In this document: positions 5,953-15,887 of the stretch, one piece after another | Position numbering within the stretch: the stretch's first letter is position 1 | Layout: each line of letters begins with the position of its first letter | Origin: Candidatus Eiseniibacteriota bacterium | Lineage (GTDB): Bacteria; Eisenbacteria; RBG-16-71-46; CAIMUX01 | Direction of reading: 5' to 3' | Assembly (NCBI GenBank): GCA_020431745.1 | Contig: JAGQHR010000001.1 | Location: 1 to 34,165 of the forward strand | DNA length: 34,165 nt | Position numbers and translations under genes: made by a program | Notes under the pieces: generated by a model | What the model was told of the DNA's origin: nothing | The model's database searches: none | What the model saw: only the letters and a program-made list of their open reading frames with translations

Positions 5953-7378
5953 GCGTGTCTACGAATTCACTCTCCCACTCTCGACCCCGGCCGAGCTCGA
6001 GCTGTTCCTGTGGGCCTGCTTCGGTGTCCGCATCCCGAACGTGCGCGTCTGTCCCAACCACCGATCCCCCTGGGAGGCTCTCTGCGCCGCGTTCTTCGCC
6101 GAGTCTCCCGTCGTGGTCTGGAAGGCGTCGCGGGGGTTCGGGGGGAAGTCGCACCTGCTCTCGGCGCTCGGTCTGTGCGAAGCGATCGGGCTCGGCGTGG
6201 ATGTCAACATCCTCGGCGGATCCGGCGAGCAGTCCGAGCGTGTCCACGAGACCATGGGCAAGTTCTGGTTCCACGAGGACGCTCCTCGGGAGCTGCTGAC
6301 GGGCGATCCCACCGCTCAGCGCACCAAGCTCTCCACTGGGGCCACGATCACCGCTCTCACCGCCTCCCAGAAGTCCGTCCGGGGTCCACACCCGACGCGT
6401 CTGCGCTTGGACGAGGTGGACGAGATGGACCAGGCGATCCTCGATGCCGCTCTGGGCCAGACGATGGACAAGGGATCGATCCGCGCGAACGTTGTCTGCA
6501 GCTCCACGCACCAGCACTCGGACGGGACGATGAGCGCTATTCTCCGCGAGGCCGACAAACGCGGGTGGCCCGTGTTTGAGTGGTGCTTCCAGGAGTGCAT
6601 GGCCGGCGAAAACGCGTGGCTCGACCGCGACCAGGTGGAGCGCAAGCGGGCCACGGTTCCGCGCGCCATGTGGGAAGCCGAGTACGAACTGCAGGAGCCG
6701 AACCCTGCTTCACGCGCCATCGACAGCGGGGCCGTGGCCCAGTGTTTCGATCGCGGCCTCGGCGAGTATTACCCGGACGAGGGGCAGGAGCTGACAATCG
6801 AGGAGCCGGAGCGCGGCGGGCGTTATGGGACGGGCGCGGACTGGGGTCGGAAGCGGCACTACACGGTGATCGACACGGGCCGCAAGGATACCTCGGGGCT
6901 GATCCATCGCGTGGCCTGGAGGCATTCCACGCGGCGTCCGTGGCCGATTCTGACCGGGTATCTCAACGGCCGTCTCGATCGCTATCCCGGAGCCGCCGCG
7001 CACGACGCCACCGGTATCGGGGACGTGGTCGACGTGTTCATCCAGGACGGCGTCGAGCCGTTCCTGTTCGTGGGACGCGAGCGGGAAAATCTGCTCACCG
7101 AGTACATCAACGCTATCGAGCGCGGGGAGATCGTTGGGCCGTTCATCGACGTAGCGGAGCGGGAGCACCGGCTCGCCTCGGTCGAGGACGTGTTCTACCG
7201 CGAGGGGCATTTGCCGGACTCGATAGCGGCGGGCGCACTCATGTACCGCGCGATCAAGATGGGTTCGGGTATCCGTCTCTCCGACGTTCGGGGGATGGCC
7301 GAGAGGCCAAAGCACGAGCCTGCGGACGACTGGGAAGATGCCTCGGAGTATGCCGGCGCCTGGGAGCTGGACCGATGA
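5933..7378 (+). CDS. terL: terminase large subunit
   Basis: Walker A-like GFGGKS, Walker B-like LRLDEVDE, nuclease-domain-like GADWGRKRHYTVID. Lies directly upstream of the portal gene. Start ATG 5933 chosen inside ORF 5759-7378, because the upstream extension overlaps the previous gene. Confidence 0.88.
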   Translation: MSTATAERVYEFTLPLSTPAELELFLWACFGVRIPNVRVCPNHRSPWEALCAAFFAESPVVVWKASRGFGGKSHLLSALGLCEAIGLGVDVNILGGSGEQSERVHETMGKFWFHEDAPRELLTGDPTAQRTKLSTGATITALTASQKSVRGPHPTRLRLDEVDEMDQAILDAALGQTMDKGSIRANVVCSSTHQHSDGTMSAILREADKRGWPVFEWCFQECMAGENAWLDRDQVERKRATVPRAMWEAEYELQEPNPASRAIDSGAVAQCFDRGLGEYYPDEGQELTIEEPERGGRYGTGADWGRKRHYTVIDTGRKDTSGLIHRVAWRHSTRRPWPILTGYLNGRLDRYPGAAAHDATGIGDVVDVFIQDGVEPFLFVGRERENLLTEYINAIERGEIVGPFIDVAEREHRLASVEDVFYREGHLPDSIAAGALMYRAIKMGSGIRLSDVRGMAERPKHEPADDWEDASEYAGAWELDR

Positions 7379-8862
7379 GCCGCGTCGGCAACGCCCTGCG
7401 GGCCCTCTTCGCGGAGGCTCCTGTCTCTGCCCCGGAGGCTACCCGCAGCCAGGAGTCGCAGGCCCACGGCTTCGAGTTCTACGTCAACGTCAACCCACCC
7501 TCCTACGCCTCTCCCACGATCGACGACTTGATCGAGCGGCACGGGATCGCCCCTTACCGAGAGATGCGGCGCCGCTGTGACGCCGTTGCCTCGGGGCTCG
7601 CGCTGCCCACGTATGCCCGGCTCTCGACCGAACTCAAGATCAGCGCCTCCACCGATGACGAGCTGGACGAGGACATTGCTGCCGCCAATCGCGAGAACTT
7701 CGAGCGGGCGGGCGGGCTCCTTCGCTACCAGGAGGCTGGTCTAGATTGCTTGGGCATCGGGTTCGCCTGCATCGAGAAGCGGTGGGGGGAGCCTGAGGAG
7801 TGGACCGCTCCCAGCGGCAAGGTCTACCACCTGCAGTTCATGCGCGCCTTGGTGCCCATCCCCCAGGAGACCATCGCGATCAAGCGCGACCGCTTCGGAG
7901 AGATCGAGCCCGACGGCATCTGGCAGAGCAACACCGAGCAGATCGTGACGCCCTCGCTGGATCCGACCTACTTCGACAAGTTCAGCGCGCGCGACTTCGT
8001 TGTCTTCTCGTGGCAGCGGCAGTGGGACAGCCCCTATGGAATGTCGCTTCTGCGCCCGGCCTACCGCTGGTACGTGTTCAAGGACCAAGTCATCCGCGCC
8101 TGGCAGCGATATCTCGAGCGGTTCGGTTTCCCGCTCTTGCGCGTGAAGGTCGACAAGGGCGTTACCTATGCCGAGCGCCATCGGATTCTCACCGAGGTGA
8201 ACAAGCTCATGTTCAACCAGGGAGCGGTGGGGCACGCGGACATCGAGCCGATCGAGCTGTCGCATTCGACGGTGGCGAAGTACGAGGACGCCGTCCATGA
8301 GGCCAACCGCAGCATCATGCGGGCGTGTCTGCAGCCGGCTCTGCTCATGGAAAACCAGGGGCAGACCGGGAGCAACGCGCTCGGCAGCACGCAGCAGTCC
8401 ACCTTCGCCTGGCCGATCGAAAACCTCGGGATGCACGTCGAGCAAGAGCTGGTGCGCAAGGGCGTCGTGGAAGACTTCACGCGCTGGAACTTCGGCCCTC
8501 AGGTTGCCATCCCGCAGGTGCGTTACGAGGACTTTCAGAACAAGGACCTCATCGCCATCGCCACGATGATGGAGGCCGCACAACGCATCGGCATCGTGAT
8601 CCCGGACGGATGGGCACGCACCACGTTGGGTGTTCCCGAGCCCAAGGACGACGAGGACGTGCTGGAGCCTCGCGAGAAACCGATGCCGACCTTCCCGAAC
8701 CAGATCCCGAGTAACACAGACCCCCAGGACGCGGCGCGTCTCGCTGGGTTCTTGGATGGTGCGGTGTACGCCTCACACAGCAAGGACCCGGAGGAGCTGC
8801 GGGCGTTTCTGGCGGGCCAAGCCGGACCGGCACTGAACGGAACAGTGGAGGCTTTGCGATGA
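7375..8862 (+). CDS. portal protein (Mu gp29 / DUF935-like)
   Basis: ATG 7375 overlaps the terL TGA (ATGA). 495 aa, between terminase and the Mu F-like gene. The N-terminal 265 aa of ORF 6580-8862 are an Arg/Gly-rich alternate frame of terL and were discarded. Confidence 0.8.
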   Translation: MSRVGNALRALFAEAPVSAPEATRSQESQAHGFEFYVNVNPPSYASPTIDDLIERHGIAPYREMRRRCDAVASGLALPTYARLSTELKISASTDDELDEDIAAANRENFERAGGLLRYQEAGLDCLGIGFACIEKRWGEPEEWTAPSGKVYHLQFMRALVPIPQETIAIKRDRFGEIEPDGIWQSNTEQIVTPSLDPTYFDKFSARDFVVFSWQRQWDSPYGMSLLRPAYRWYVFKDQVIRAWQRYLERFGFPLLRVKVDKGVTYAERHRILTEVNKLMFNQGAVGHADIEPIELSHSTVAKYEDAVHEANRSIMRACLQPALLMENQGQTGSNALGSTQQSTFAWPIENLGMHVEQELVRKGVVEDFTRWNFGPQVAIPQVRYEDFQNKDLIAIATMMEAAQRIGIVIPDGWARTTLGVPEPKDDEDVLEPREKPMPTFPNQIPSNTDPQDAARLAGFLDGAVYASHSKDPEELRAFLAGQAGPALNGTVEALR

Positions 8863-9092
8863 GTCCCAGCTACACCCCCAGCGACACAGCGCCTGTACAG
8901 CGCATGACCACCGTCGGCGAGTACGAGGTGCGCTTCTCGCTCTTCCTGGACGAGCAGAAGCATCTGCGCGTGAAGGCCATGTGCATGGGCCAGGTCGCGA
9001 TCGCGGACACGTTCGAGGACGCCGGCACGCAGATCCTGCACGCCGTGGCGGGAGAGTTGGACCGGCAGGGGATGGAGATCCGCTTCCGATGA
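8859..9092 (+). CDS. hypothetical protein
   Basis: ATGA overlap with the portal stop. 77 aa. Confidence 0.6.
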   Translation: MSPSYTPSDTAPVQRMTTVGEYEVRFSLFLDEQKHLRVKAMCMGQVAIADTFEDAGTQILHAVAGELDRQGMEIRFR

Positions 9093-10213
9093 TGCTCGCC
9101 GCGGACACTTGGACGCCCAACCTGCGGCTCGTCACCTTGGCCACCGAGAAGGTGCCGACCGGCGAGCTGATGGAGTCCACCGCCTATGCGAGCGCGCTCC
9201 GGCTCGGGCTTATCCTGTCGGGACAGATGGCCGGGTACATCGCGTGGACCGCGTCCAAGGAGTTCACTCCACTCACGCTCCACAAGGTGCCGCGCGAAGT
9301 CGAGATGCAGGACGAACTCACCGACGAGTGGGTACGCTTCACCATCGGCGCCTACATCGACGGCGTGTTCTCCACCTCCCGGCCCGGCTACTCGCCCTAT
9401 GCGAGCCTGTCCCCACGAGCGCTGGAGCGGTTCGAAATCCAGGCGGCCAACCTTGCCGACGCCGCGGTGCACCACGTTCGCACGCTCATCATGCCGGTGC
9501 TGGAGTCTGCCTTCGACGCTCAGGGCAAGCGAGTCAAACCTCACGAGCTGATCGAGCGCGAGATCCGGTCGGTCTACTCACAGATCCTCGATGCGGCTCC
9601 CCGGGCCGACGTCGCGAAGATCCTGACGCTCGCCCGGCCCAATCCCGTGGACAAGGAACGCGACAAGATCGTGCGCGATGCCCAGCGCCGGGCCAGGGGC
9701 CGTCGCATGAGGGTCCGGGACAAGGAGCGGCGCGACCAGTTTCTACGCGACCACAAGCCGTTCTCGAAGTGGATCAAGCAGAGCGTCGAGCAGATTCTGG
9801 CCGAAGCGAAGGCGCCGCCCACGATCTCGCCCAAGTATGCGATCCGCTGGGTGCAGACCGATCGCACCCGCTTCATGGCCGATGGGGTTCTCGCGGCCAC
9901 CGAGAACGATCCCGACGTGATCGGCTGGCGGTTCGTTGCCGCCGATACGACCAAGAATCACCACGAGGCGTGCGCAGCGATGAACGGGAAGATTATCTCC
10001 AAGCGCAACGCCGAGGCCAAGAACACCTGGAAGAGTCCGCTGCACCACGGGTGCAACAGCCGGTGGATCCCCGTCTACCGCTGGGAGCACGAGCGCGTGA
10101 CGCCCAAGCGGCAGCTTCCGAGCCCGTCGCTGATCGCTCCGGGGTTCGGCGCGCAGTACGCGGACCGGGCGAAGACGCGCCGGATCGAGGTGAAGCCGAG
10201 GAGGGTTGCATGA
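9089..10213 (+). CDS. minor head protein, Mu gpF / SPP1 gp7 family-like
   Basis: C-terminal HHEACAAMNGKII...SPLHHGCNSRWIPV resembles the conserved C...G...PPxHxxCRC box of Mu F-like head morphogenesis proteins. It follows the portal gene. Start ATG 9089 overlaps the upstream stop. Confidence 0.75.
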   Translation: MMLAADTWTPNLRLVTLATEKVPTGELMESTAYASALRLGLILSGQMAGYIAWTASKEFTPLTLHKVPREVEMQDELTDEWVRFTIGAYIDGVFSTSRPGYSPYASLSPRALERFEIQAANLADAAVHHVRTLIMPVLESAFDAQGKRVKPHELIEREIRSVYSQILDAAPRADVAKILTLARPNPVDKERDKIVRDAQRRARGRRMRVRDKERRDQFLRDHKPFSKWIKQSVEQILAEAKAPPTISPKYAIRWVQTDRTRFMADGVLAATENDPDVIGWRFVAADTTKNHHEACAAMNGKIISKRNAEAKNTWKSPLHHGCNSRWIPVYRWEHERVTPKRQLPSPSLIAPGFGAQYADRAKTRRIEVKPRRVA

Positions 10214-10419
10214 TCCACCAGACATACAGGCCTGGTCGTACAGGTTTCACGCCCGAGCAAGCTATTACGGTTCTCGGGCTACCCGAAACCGCTGCGGCTC
10301 GCCTACGCGACTTGCCCACGTCTTGGATTGCTGAATTGTCCGTTGCCGAGATTCGCAAGATCACACAGGACGTGCCGGACGCTGAGTCGGTCCTCTTGTG
10401 GATGGAGGCCGAGCGATGA
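10210..10419 (+). CDS. hypothetical protein
   Basis: ATGA overlap. GAGGAGGG lies upstream. 69 aa. Internal start of the artefactual ORF 9109-10419. Confidence 0.55.
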   Translation: MIHQTYRPGRTGFTPEQAITVLGLPETAAARLRDLPTSWIAELSVAEIRKITQDVPDAESVLLWMEAER

Positions 10420-10694
10420 TCCGCAAGGCCCTCCTCGCATTCCTCGTGGCTACCGCCGTTGCTGTGGCCGTCGTCCTGAGCTTCCAGCTCCAGGTCCACC
10501 TCATCCGAAGATGGGCCGGGACGGACGACCTCCAGGCCGAGCTGCGCGATCACGAGACGCGGCTCCAGAAGATCGAAACGCATCCGGTCTCGACGTGGGT
10601 GCGCAAGGGGACCTGGTACTACCCGGCCGAGGGCACGGCCGAAGACTCTGTGCGCGTGCAGTTGATCTCTATCGGGCGGGGGCGCGGACGATGA
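10416..10694 (+). CDS. hypothetical membrane-anchored protein
   Basis: ATGA overlap. GGAGG at 10404-10408. N-terminal hydrophobic helix ALLAFLVATAVAVAVVL. Confidence 0.55.
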   Translation: MIRKALLAFLVATAVAVAVVLSFQLQVHLIRRWAGTDDLQAELRDHETRLQKIETHPVSTWVRKGTWYYPAEGTAEDSVRVQLISIGRGRGR

Positions 10695-10951
10695 TCCTTC
10701 TACCCGGCCAGATCGTTCCGCCTCCGCCCCCGCCGATCCCCAATCGCGTGCCGATCGACTGCGAGTGCGGTAAGCGCAGCGTGGTCCCCAAGGTCGCACT
10801 CGACAAAGCGGGCAACACCATCCGGTGCCCGTGGTGCGACAGCGATTGGATCGTGCGCCACTACACGAACCTTCTGACGGGGAAGGTCACCGTTCACCTG
10901 GCCAAGCGCCGGCTCGATGACATTTGGCTCCCGGAGGGCTTTGTGCGATGA
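10691..10951 (+). CDS. hypothetical zinc-ribbon protein
   Basis: ATGA overlap. CEC...CPWC motif. Proline run PPPPPP. Confidence 0.55.
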   Translation: MILLPGQIVPPPPPPIPNRVPIDCECGKRSVVPKVALDKAGNTIRCPWCDSDWIVRHYTNLLTGKVTVHLAKRRLDDIWLPEGFVR

Positions 10952-12336
10952 GCGAAAACGTCCACCGCATCTACATCGCGGACCGCTATTCCTTCGTGCG
11001 GGAAACGATCGAGTCCCAAAAGAAGGCGGACGGCGTCCGGGTCCTCACGGGCATGCGTTTGGGGCAGCAGACCCGCGAGGGCTTCTGCTACGAGTTCAAC
11101 CCGGCCAAGTTCACCCTCGGCGAAGCTCTGGCCTGGCTCGAAGCCAAGAAGATCGTCTACCGCAACGTCGAGGCTGCGCAGCCGGTCGCTGACTTTGCGA
11201 AGGGCGGCAGCACTCCCCCGCCCGTCAAGTTCTGGTACGAAGCGTGCAAGGTCGGCGAGTTCGAGGCGTCGGATGACGGCTCCGGGAAGCCCGGCAAGGT
11301 TCAGATCACTCTGGACAAGCTCAAGAAGGCTGTGTCGTCCGTAAAAGCCGGTGCGCGCTCGGTCATCAACAAGCTGACCCATGACCCCAAGCAACTCGCT
11401 GCCCGGGAACTCTTCGGCTCCGAGTCCGGCATGGGCAAGATCACCGACGCCCGGATCATTGGGGACACGCTCGAGCTGTTCACCGAGATGCCCAAGAACG
11501 TGGCCGACATGGTCCGTAACAAGATTCTCCGAGGCCGCTCCGTTGAGCTCCATCCCGAAACCGGGGACCTCTACGCCTGCGCCTGGCTGGGGTTCAGCGA
11601 GCCTGCCGTGTCCGATCTTGCTCCCGTGCAGATGGCTGCCGATGACGGCGTGCTGCGCGGGGACGTTTGCCCGCCCGCTCTGCTAGCCGCGGACGGGTCG
11701 TTTGTCCTGCTGGAGGCAAGTCCGTTGGCCCCGGGGAGTCCGGGCGCTCAGGAAGCCGCGAACTCTAACACTGGGACGGCTGGCGATCAGTCGTCCGACC
11801 TGAACTCGGACTCCAAGGAGAAGACTATGAGCGACACCGCTCAGCTCCAGGCAGCCCATGACCAGGCACTGGAGCGAATCAAGAAGATCCAGCTCGGCCG
11901 CGTGAAGGACAGCGTCAAGCGCGCCGTCGACGAGCGCCGGATCGAGCCCGGACAGGCCGAGGAGTGGACGACCAAGCTCTCCAAGGTCGTGCACGACGAA
12001 GACCTGCTCGACTCTTCCATCGCCATTCTCTTGTCGTTCCCGCAGCGCGAGGAGCGGAACAAGGGCAAGGCCAATCCCAACCAGCCGGACACGACCGGCG
12101 CCGACGGGCTGAACGGCAACGGCGAGGAGACGGAGAAGCTCTCCGCCGTCGAGCGCGTGATGCTCGCTTCGCAGGCCCTGATCGACAAGGGCAGCCCCTC
12201 GGTGATGACCGACGGCGAGCCTGACCCGGGCAAGGCGTTCATGCTCGTGCTCACCCGCGACCCCAAGCTGCGCGAGGAGTACGAAGCGGAGACGCATCGG
12301 TACAAGTCGAACGACGACGAGGGAGGTGAGCGATGA
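10948..12336 (+). CDS. putative head maturation protease / scaffold protein (Mu gpI-like)
   Basis: ATGA overlap. GGAGGG at 10933-10938. Lies between the Mu F-like gene and the capsid genes. The C-terminal half is a charged coiled-coil region typical of scaffolds. The resemblance to Mu I protein is from memory only. Confidence 0.55.
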   Translation: MSENVHRIYIADRYSFVRETIESQKKADGVRVLTGMRLGQQTREGFCYEFNPAKFTLGEALAWLEAKKIVYRNVEAAQPVADFAKGGSTPPPVKFWYEACKVGEFEASDDGSGKPGKVQITLDKLKKAVSSVKAGARSVINKLTHDPKQLAARELFGSESGMGKITDARIIGDTLELFTEMPKNVADMVRNKILRGRSVELHPETGDLYACAWLGFSEPAVSDLAPVQMAADDGVLRGDVCPPALLAADGSFVLLEASPLAPGSPGAQEAANSNTGTAGDQSSDLNSDSKEKTMSDTAQLQAAHDQALERIKKIQLGRVKDSVKRAVDERRIEPGQAEEWTTKLSKVVHDEDLLDSSIAILLSFPQREERNKGKANPNQPDTTGADGLNGNGEETEKLSAVERVMLASQALIDKGSPSVMTDGEPDPGKAFMLVLTRDPKLREEYEAETHRYKSNDDEGGER

Positions 12337-12719
12337 CCATCGGAGCCACCGACTTCGGAGTCGGACTCGACGTCGACCGGACCGCTGGCGGGACCTTCTC
12401 GCAGTTCGCGTGCGTGCGTGTCAGCTCGACCGCTGGCGCCATCATCGCGACGACGACGGCCACGCAGATCGCGATCGGGTTTGCCCAGGAGGCCGCCACG
12501 GCTTCCGGGGATCTGATCCGTACGCGGCTCAGCGGGACCTCGCTCTGCATCGCGCAGACGACCATCGCGGCCAACGCGGACCTGCTCGGACCGACCACGA
12601 CCTCGGGAAAGATTGCCACGCAGTCGTCCACGCACTACTGCGCGCAGCCCCTCTTCGAGGAAGCGGCAGCGGCCGACAACCTGGTCCCGATCTTCATCAA
12701 CATCGGCGAGAACGCCTAA
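12333..12719 (+). CDS. putative head decoration protein (DUF2190-like)
   Basis: 128-aa Ala/Thr/Gly-rich protein directly upstream of the major capsid gene. ATGA overlap. Confidence 0.45.
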   Translation: MTIGATDFGVGLDVDRTAGGTFSQFACVRVSSTAGAIIATTTATQIAIGFAQEAATASGDLIRTRLSGTSLCIAQTTIAANADLLGPTTTSGKIATQSSTHYCAQPLFEEAAAADNLVPIFINIGENA

Positions 12720-12732
12720 GGGGAGGTGAACC

Positions 12733-13719
12733 ATGCCTGCATCGAATCCGACGGTGGGCTCGGTCCATCAGAACCGGGCTCTCGACAACGTCGCCATCGG
12801 CGGCTACAACCAAAACTTCAAGCTCCGGAACATCTTCACCCCGGTGCCCGTGGACAAGGAGACCGACGTCATCCACATCTGGACGGCGGGCGACATCCTG
12901 CGCCACGAGGCCCGGAAGGTGCGACCGGGCTCGAAGACTCCGCGCGGTGGATTCTCCACCTCGACCGACACCTTCTCGCTGGACGAATGGAAGTTCGCCT
13001 GGCCCATCCCCAAGCGCGTGCGCATGAATGCCGATATGGCGATTCTGCGCGAGATGAACGCGGCGCGGCGGGTGGGCGAGAAGATCGGTCTGGCTGCTGA
13101 GAAGACCATCGCGAGCGTCCTGACCTCCACGGCCTGGACGGGAGCGTCCACGATCGACGCCGCGGGTGGCTGGAACATGAACACAGCCACCCGGGACCCG
13201 ATCATCGACGTGACCACCCAGAAGCTCTCGATCCAGAACACGATCGGCAAGCGCGTGAACAAGATGGCGTTCTCGTATAACACGTACGAGCACCTGCGGA
13301 ACAACCCGTACATCCTGGAACGCATCGGCGTCACCCCGGGTTCGGGTCGTCCCATCTCGGGTGCGTCGCCGTCCTCGCCGGCCGTCATCAACCTGGGGAT
13401 CCTCCAGGTGCTGTTCGACGTCGAGGAGATCGTGGTCGTCGAGGCGATCGAGAACACGGCCAACGCGGGGGCGACCGCCAGCTACTCCCCGGTCCTCGAT
13501 GACTGGGTCTGGCTCGGCTACGTGTCCCCGACTCCTGCGATCGACGAGCCTTCCTGCGGGTACACGTTCAACCACCGCGAGTACGGATCGGACATCCGCA
13601 TCCGGACGTGGCGGGAGGACGACCCCGAGCAGGACGTGACCGAGGCGTCTGCCTTCTTCCAGTGCAAGGCGACTCTGCTCACGGCCGGCGCTCTCATCCA
13701 GGACGTGCTGACCACGTAA
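12733..13719 (+). CDS. major capsid protein (HK97-fold type)
   Basis: Strong RBS GGGGAGGTGA. 328 aa. Canonical position after the scaffold and decoration genes. Followed by a strong hairpin. Confidence 0.8.
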   Translation: MPASNPTVGSVHQNRALDNVAIGGYNQNFKLRNIFTPVPVDKETDVIHIWTAGDILRHEARKVRPGSKTPRGGFSTSTDTFSLDEWKFAWPIPKRVRMNADMAILREMNAARRVGEKIGLAAEKTIASVLTSTAWTGASTIDAAGGWNMNTATRDPIIDVTTQKLSIQNTIGKRVNKMAFSYNTYEHLRNNPYILERIGVTPGSGRPISGASPSSPAVINLGILQVLFDVEEIVVVEAIENTANAGATASYSPVLDDWVWLGYVSPTPAIDEPSCGYTFNHREYGSDIRIRTWREDDPEQDVTEASAFFQCKATLLTAGALIQDVLTT

Positions 13720-13728
13720 CCCCAACCA

Positions 13729-13764
13729 GACGGGGGCGAGCTCCGGCTCGTCCCCGTCCTTTCA
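13729..13764 (+). terminator. stem-loop after the major capsid gene (attenuating terminator or RNA-stability element)
   Basis: 13-bp stem, 13729-13741 paired with 13746-13758 (one G-U pair), with loop TCCG. It is followed by CCTTTC, so the U-tract is weak. Confidence 0.4.
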
Positions 13765-13788
13765 CTCAAAGACCGGAGGTGAATCGAG

Positions 13789-14031
13789 ATGGCGAAGTCA
13801 TCGGACATGGTGAAGGTCGAAGTCCTGGTGGAGTTCAAGTGGGACCCCAAGGGGCATGAGCGGCTGAAGATGTCGCGCGACCCGATCAAGTACGAGCTGG
13901 TTGAGGCCGGCAAGCTCATGCAGATGCCGCGCGAGAAGGCTCAGAAGTGGGCCCGCTTCGGTCGCGTGCGCATCCTGAACGAACCGACGCAGGAGCCGAA
14001 GACGACCGAGGGCTCCGGAGGAGGAAACTGA
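13789..14031 (+). CDS. hypothetical protein
   Basis: GGAGGTGA RBS. 80 aa. Confidence 0.6.
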   Translation: MAKSSDMVKVEVLVEFKWDPKGHERLKMSRDPIKYELVEAGKLMQMPREKAQKWARFGRVRILNEPTQEPKTTEGSGGGN

Positions 14032-14033
14032 CC

Positions 14034-14780
14034 ATGCGCAAGGTTCTGGCCCTTCTGGGGCTCTCGCTCATCGTGCTCATGTCCGCGCTCGGGCAGCTGC
14101 AGGCGCAGTCCGCACAGATCGGATTGATCCCGCCCATCTTCCGCGATCAGGAGTTCATGCAGAGCGGCAAATTGGTCGCCTGGCAGTTCCTGAACCCGGC
14201 TGCGGCGGACACCGACTACGTGCACTCGACCTACGGAACGTCCACGAGTCAGGACACGAGCTACGCGTTCACGTCCGCGGAAGTGGTCGGAACCGCTGCG
14301 TTCAACGTGCTGGGAACCTCTCGCACCGAGACGTTCTCCCGCAACATCACCCTCACGGTCAGCGGCACCCAGGCCAACGTGAACGGGGGCACCGCTACCG
14401 TCTACGGGACCAACGTCAACGGTGCGGCGATCTCCGAGGACTTCACGCTCGTGGAGAACACTCTGGGCACGCTCACCGGGTCGAAGGCGTTCTACACCCT
14501 GGACTCGCTGGCAGTGAACCAACAGGACGGCGCAAACGTGATGGTGTCGGTCGGCATCGGGGCCAAGCTCCAACTCCCGGTGACGCTACCGTTCAACACG
14601 GTGCTTCACTCGTGGTGTGCCGGTACTCCTGAGGGTACGGCTCCCACGGTGGCGACCTCAGCCACGGCGATCGAGTCCAACACGATCGCATTCAACACGG
14701 CTCCGGACGGGTCCAAGGACTACGCAATTCTGATCTGGATCCCGCCCTTCGGATCAGCGACCGCGGTTTCGCTCTGGTAG
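14034..14780 (+). CDS. hypothetical protein with N-terminal signal-peptide-like sequence
   Basis: GGAGGAGG at 14017-14024. MRKVLALLGLSLIVLMSALGQLQAQSA looks like a Sec signal. Thr/Ser/Ala-rich body. Internal start of ORF 13947-14780. Confidence 0.6.
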   Translation: MRKVLALLGLSLIVLMSALGQLQAQSAQIGLIPPIFRDQEFMQSGKLVAWQFLNPAAADTDYVHSTYGTSTSQDTSYAFTSAEVVGTAAFNVLGTSRTETFSRNITLTVSGTQANVNGGTATVYGTNVNGAAISEDFTLVENTLGTLTGSKAFYTLDSLAVNQQDGANVMVSVGIGAKLQLPVTLPFNTVLHSWCAGTPEGTAPTVATSATAIESNTIAFNTAPDGSKDYAILIWIPPFGSATAVSLW

Positions 14781-14795
14781 CGCAGGAGGTTCCGC

Positions 14796-15173
14796 ATGGC
14801 ACGATATTGGGCCGTCCAAGGCCAGACTGTGGCGAGCGGAACCCCGCTCAACGGTGAGGCCGTCGATTGCAGCAATGCGCAGTCGGTCTCGTTCTTCTAC
14901 CAGTACACGCAGGCCACGAGCGGTCCAACGATCGACATCGACGGCTCCTGGGACGGCGGGAACACCTGGATCACCCTCAAGGCGCTGACGCCCGGGACCG
15001 GCACGGGTGTTACGGCCTCGCTCACCTGGGTTGGGACCGCCGTCAACGAGGGGACGCCGACGGTCACGGAGGCGCCTGCTGTTCCGGCTCCTCTCATGCG
15101 CATGACCGTGACCGCTGCGTCTCTCAACAACGTGACGGCGGGGACGTTTGCTGTCATTCCGGGAGGTCGATAG
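14796..15173 (+). CDS. hypothetical structural-module protein
   Basis: AGGAGG RBS. 125 aa. Confidence 0.6.
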   Translation: MARYWAVQGQTVASGTPLNGEAVDCSNAQSVSFFYQYTQATSGPTIDIDGSWDGGNTWITLKALTPGTGTGVTASLTWVGTAVNEGTPTVTEAPAVPAPLMRMTVTAASLNNVTAGTFAVIPGGR

Positions 15174-15440
15174 ATGCCCAAGATCACGGTGAAAGAGGAC
15201 TGCCGGATCCCCGATCCCCGGGCCGGCGCCTACGTCAAAGGGTCCCTGCTCACGGCCGGAACGGAGATGGACTTCTCCAAGGGCACCTGGGACGTGTCCG
15301 AGACCGTGGCCGCGATCTGGAACGGTACGTACGAGCTGCCCGAGGGCGCCACGGACCGCCGCGGGAACCCACTCACGAAGCCGAAGCTGGTCCAGGAGCC
15401 GACTCCACCGATCAACCCCGACGCGAAGCTGAAGGAGTAA
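15174..15440 (+). CDS. hypothetical protein
   Basis: Starts directly after the upstream TAG. GGGAGG lies upstream. 88 aa. Confidence 0.55.
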   Translation: MPKITVKEDCRIPDPRAGAYVKGSLLTAGTEMDFSKGTWDVSETVAAIWNGTYELPEGATDRRGNPLTKPKLVQEPTPPINPDAKLKE

Positions 15441-15446
15441 GCGGCC

Positions 15447-15887
15447 GTGGCCTACGCGACCAATGCCGGTGTTCTGGATGTCTCGAAGAAGATCCAGAAA
15501 GCTATCGACGACGATGCGACAGTCGTTGCGGACACCTCCGGGCTGTTCGCCGACCCCATCATCGATGCGAGGCTGGCCGGCCGCGGCGCCCCGTTCACCA
15601 CGGCGCCCTCGGTCGTGGTCGCGATCGCCTGCTACATCACCGCCTCGGTCATCTGGCAGAACCGACTATCCCAAGACAACGACGAGAGTGGCTTGGCCAA
15701 GACCTGGTACGAGCGGGGCATGGACCTGCTGGAGAAGGTGGCCACGGGAGAGATGCCGCTCGACGGTGTGACGAACAACGACTCCATCCAGTTCGGCGAC
15801 ATCAATCCGACACAGCCATACGACGCCATGTTCGTCGGGGACGAGCTCGACTACCAGGAGCGCGACGAGACGAGGGCCACCTCCTGA
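15447..15887 (+). CDS. putative head-tail connector protein (Mu gp36 / DUF1320-like)
   Basis: GTG start 9 nt after AAGGAG. MAYAT...DV...IDARL...P pattern and 146-aa size resemble DUF1320 proteins. Gene order supports the call. Confidence 0.45.
   Translation: MAYATNAGVLDVSKKIQKAIDDDATVVADTSGLFADPIIDARLAGRGAPFTTAPSVVVAIACYITASVIWQNRLSQDNDESGLAKTWYERGMDLLEKVATGEMPLDGVTNNDSIQFGDINPTQPYDAMFVGDELDYQERDETRATS

Noticed and set aside
9109-10209. Long alternate-frame plus-strand ORFs, and N-terminal extensions of real genes
   Set aside because: Affected ORFs include 9109-10419, 6580-7374, 14867-15886, 18039-19199, 26651-28093 and 28564-29364. All are Arg/Gly/Ala/Pro-rich translations overlapping well-supported genes in another frame. 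In each case an internal start with an RBS or a 4-nt overlap to the preceding stop gives a sensible protein.
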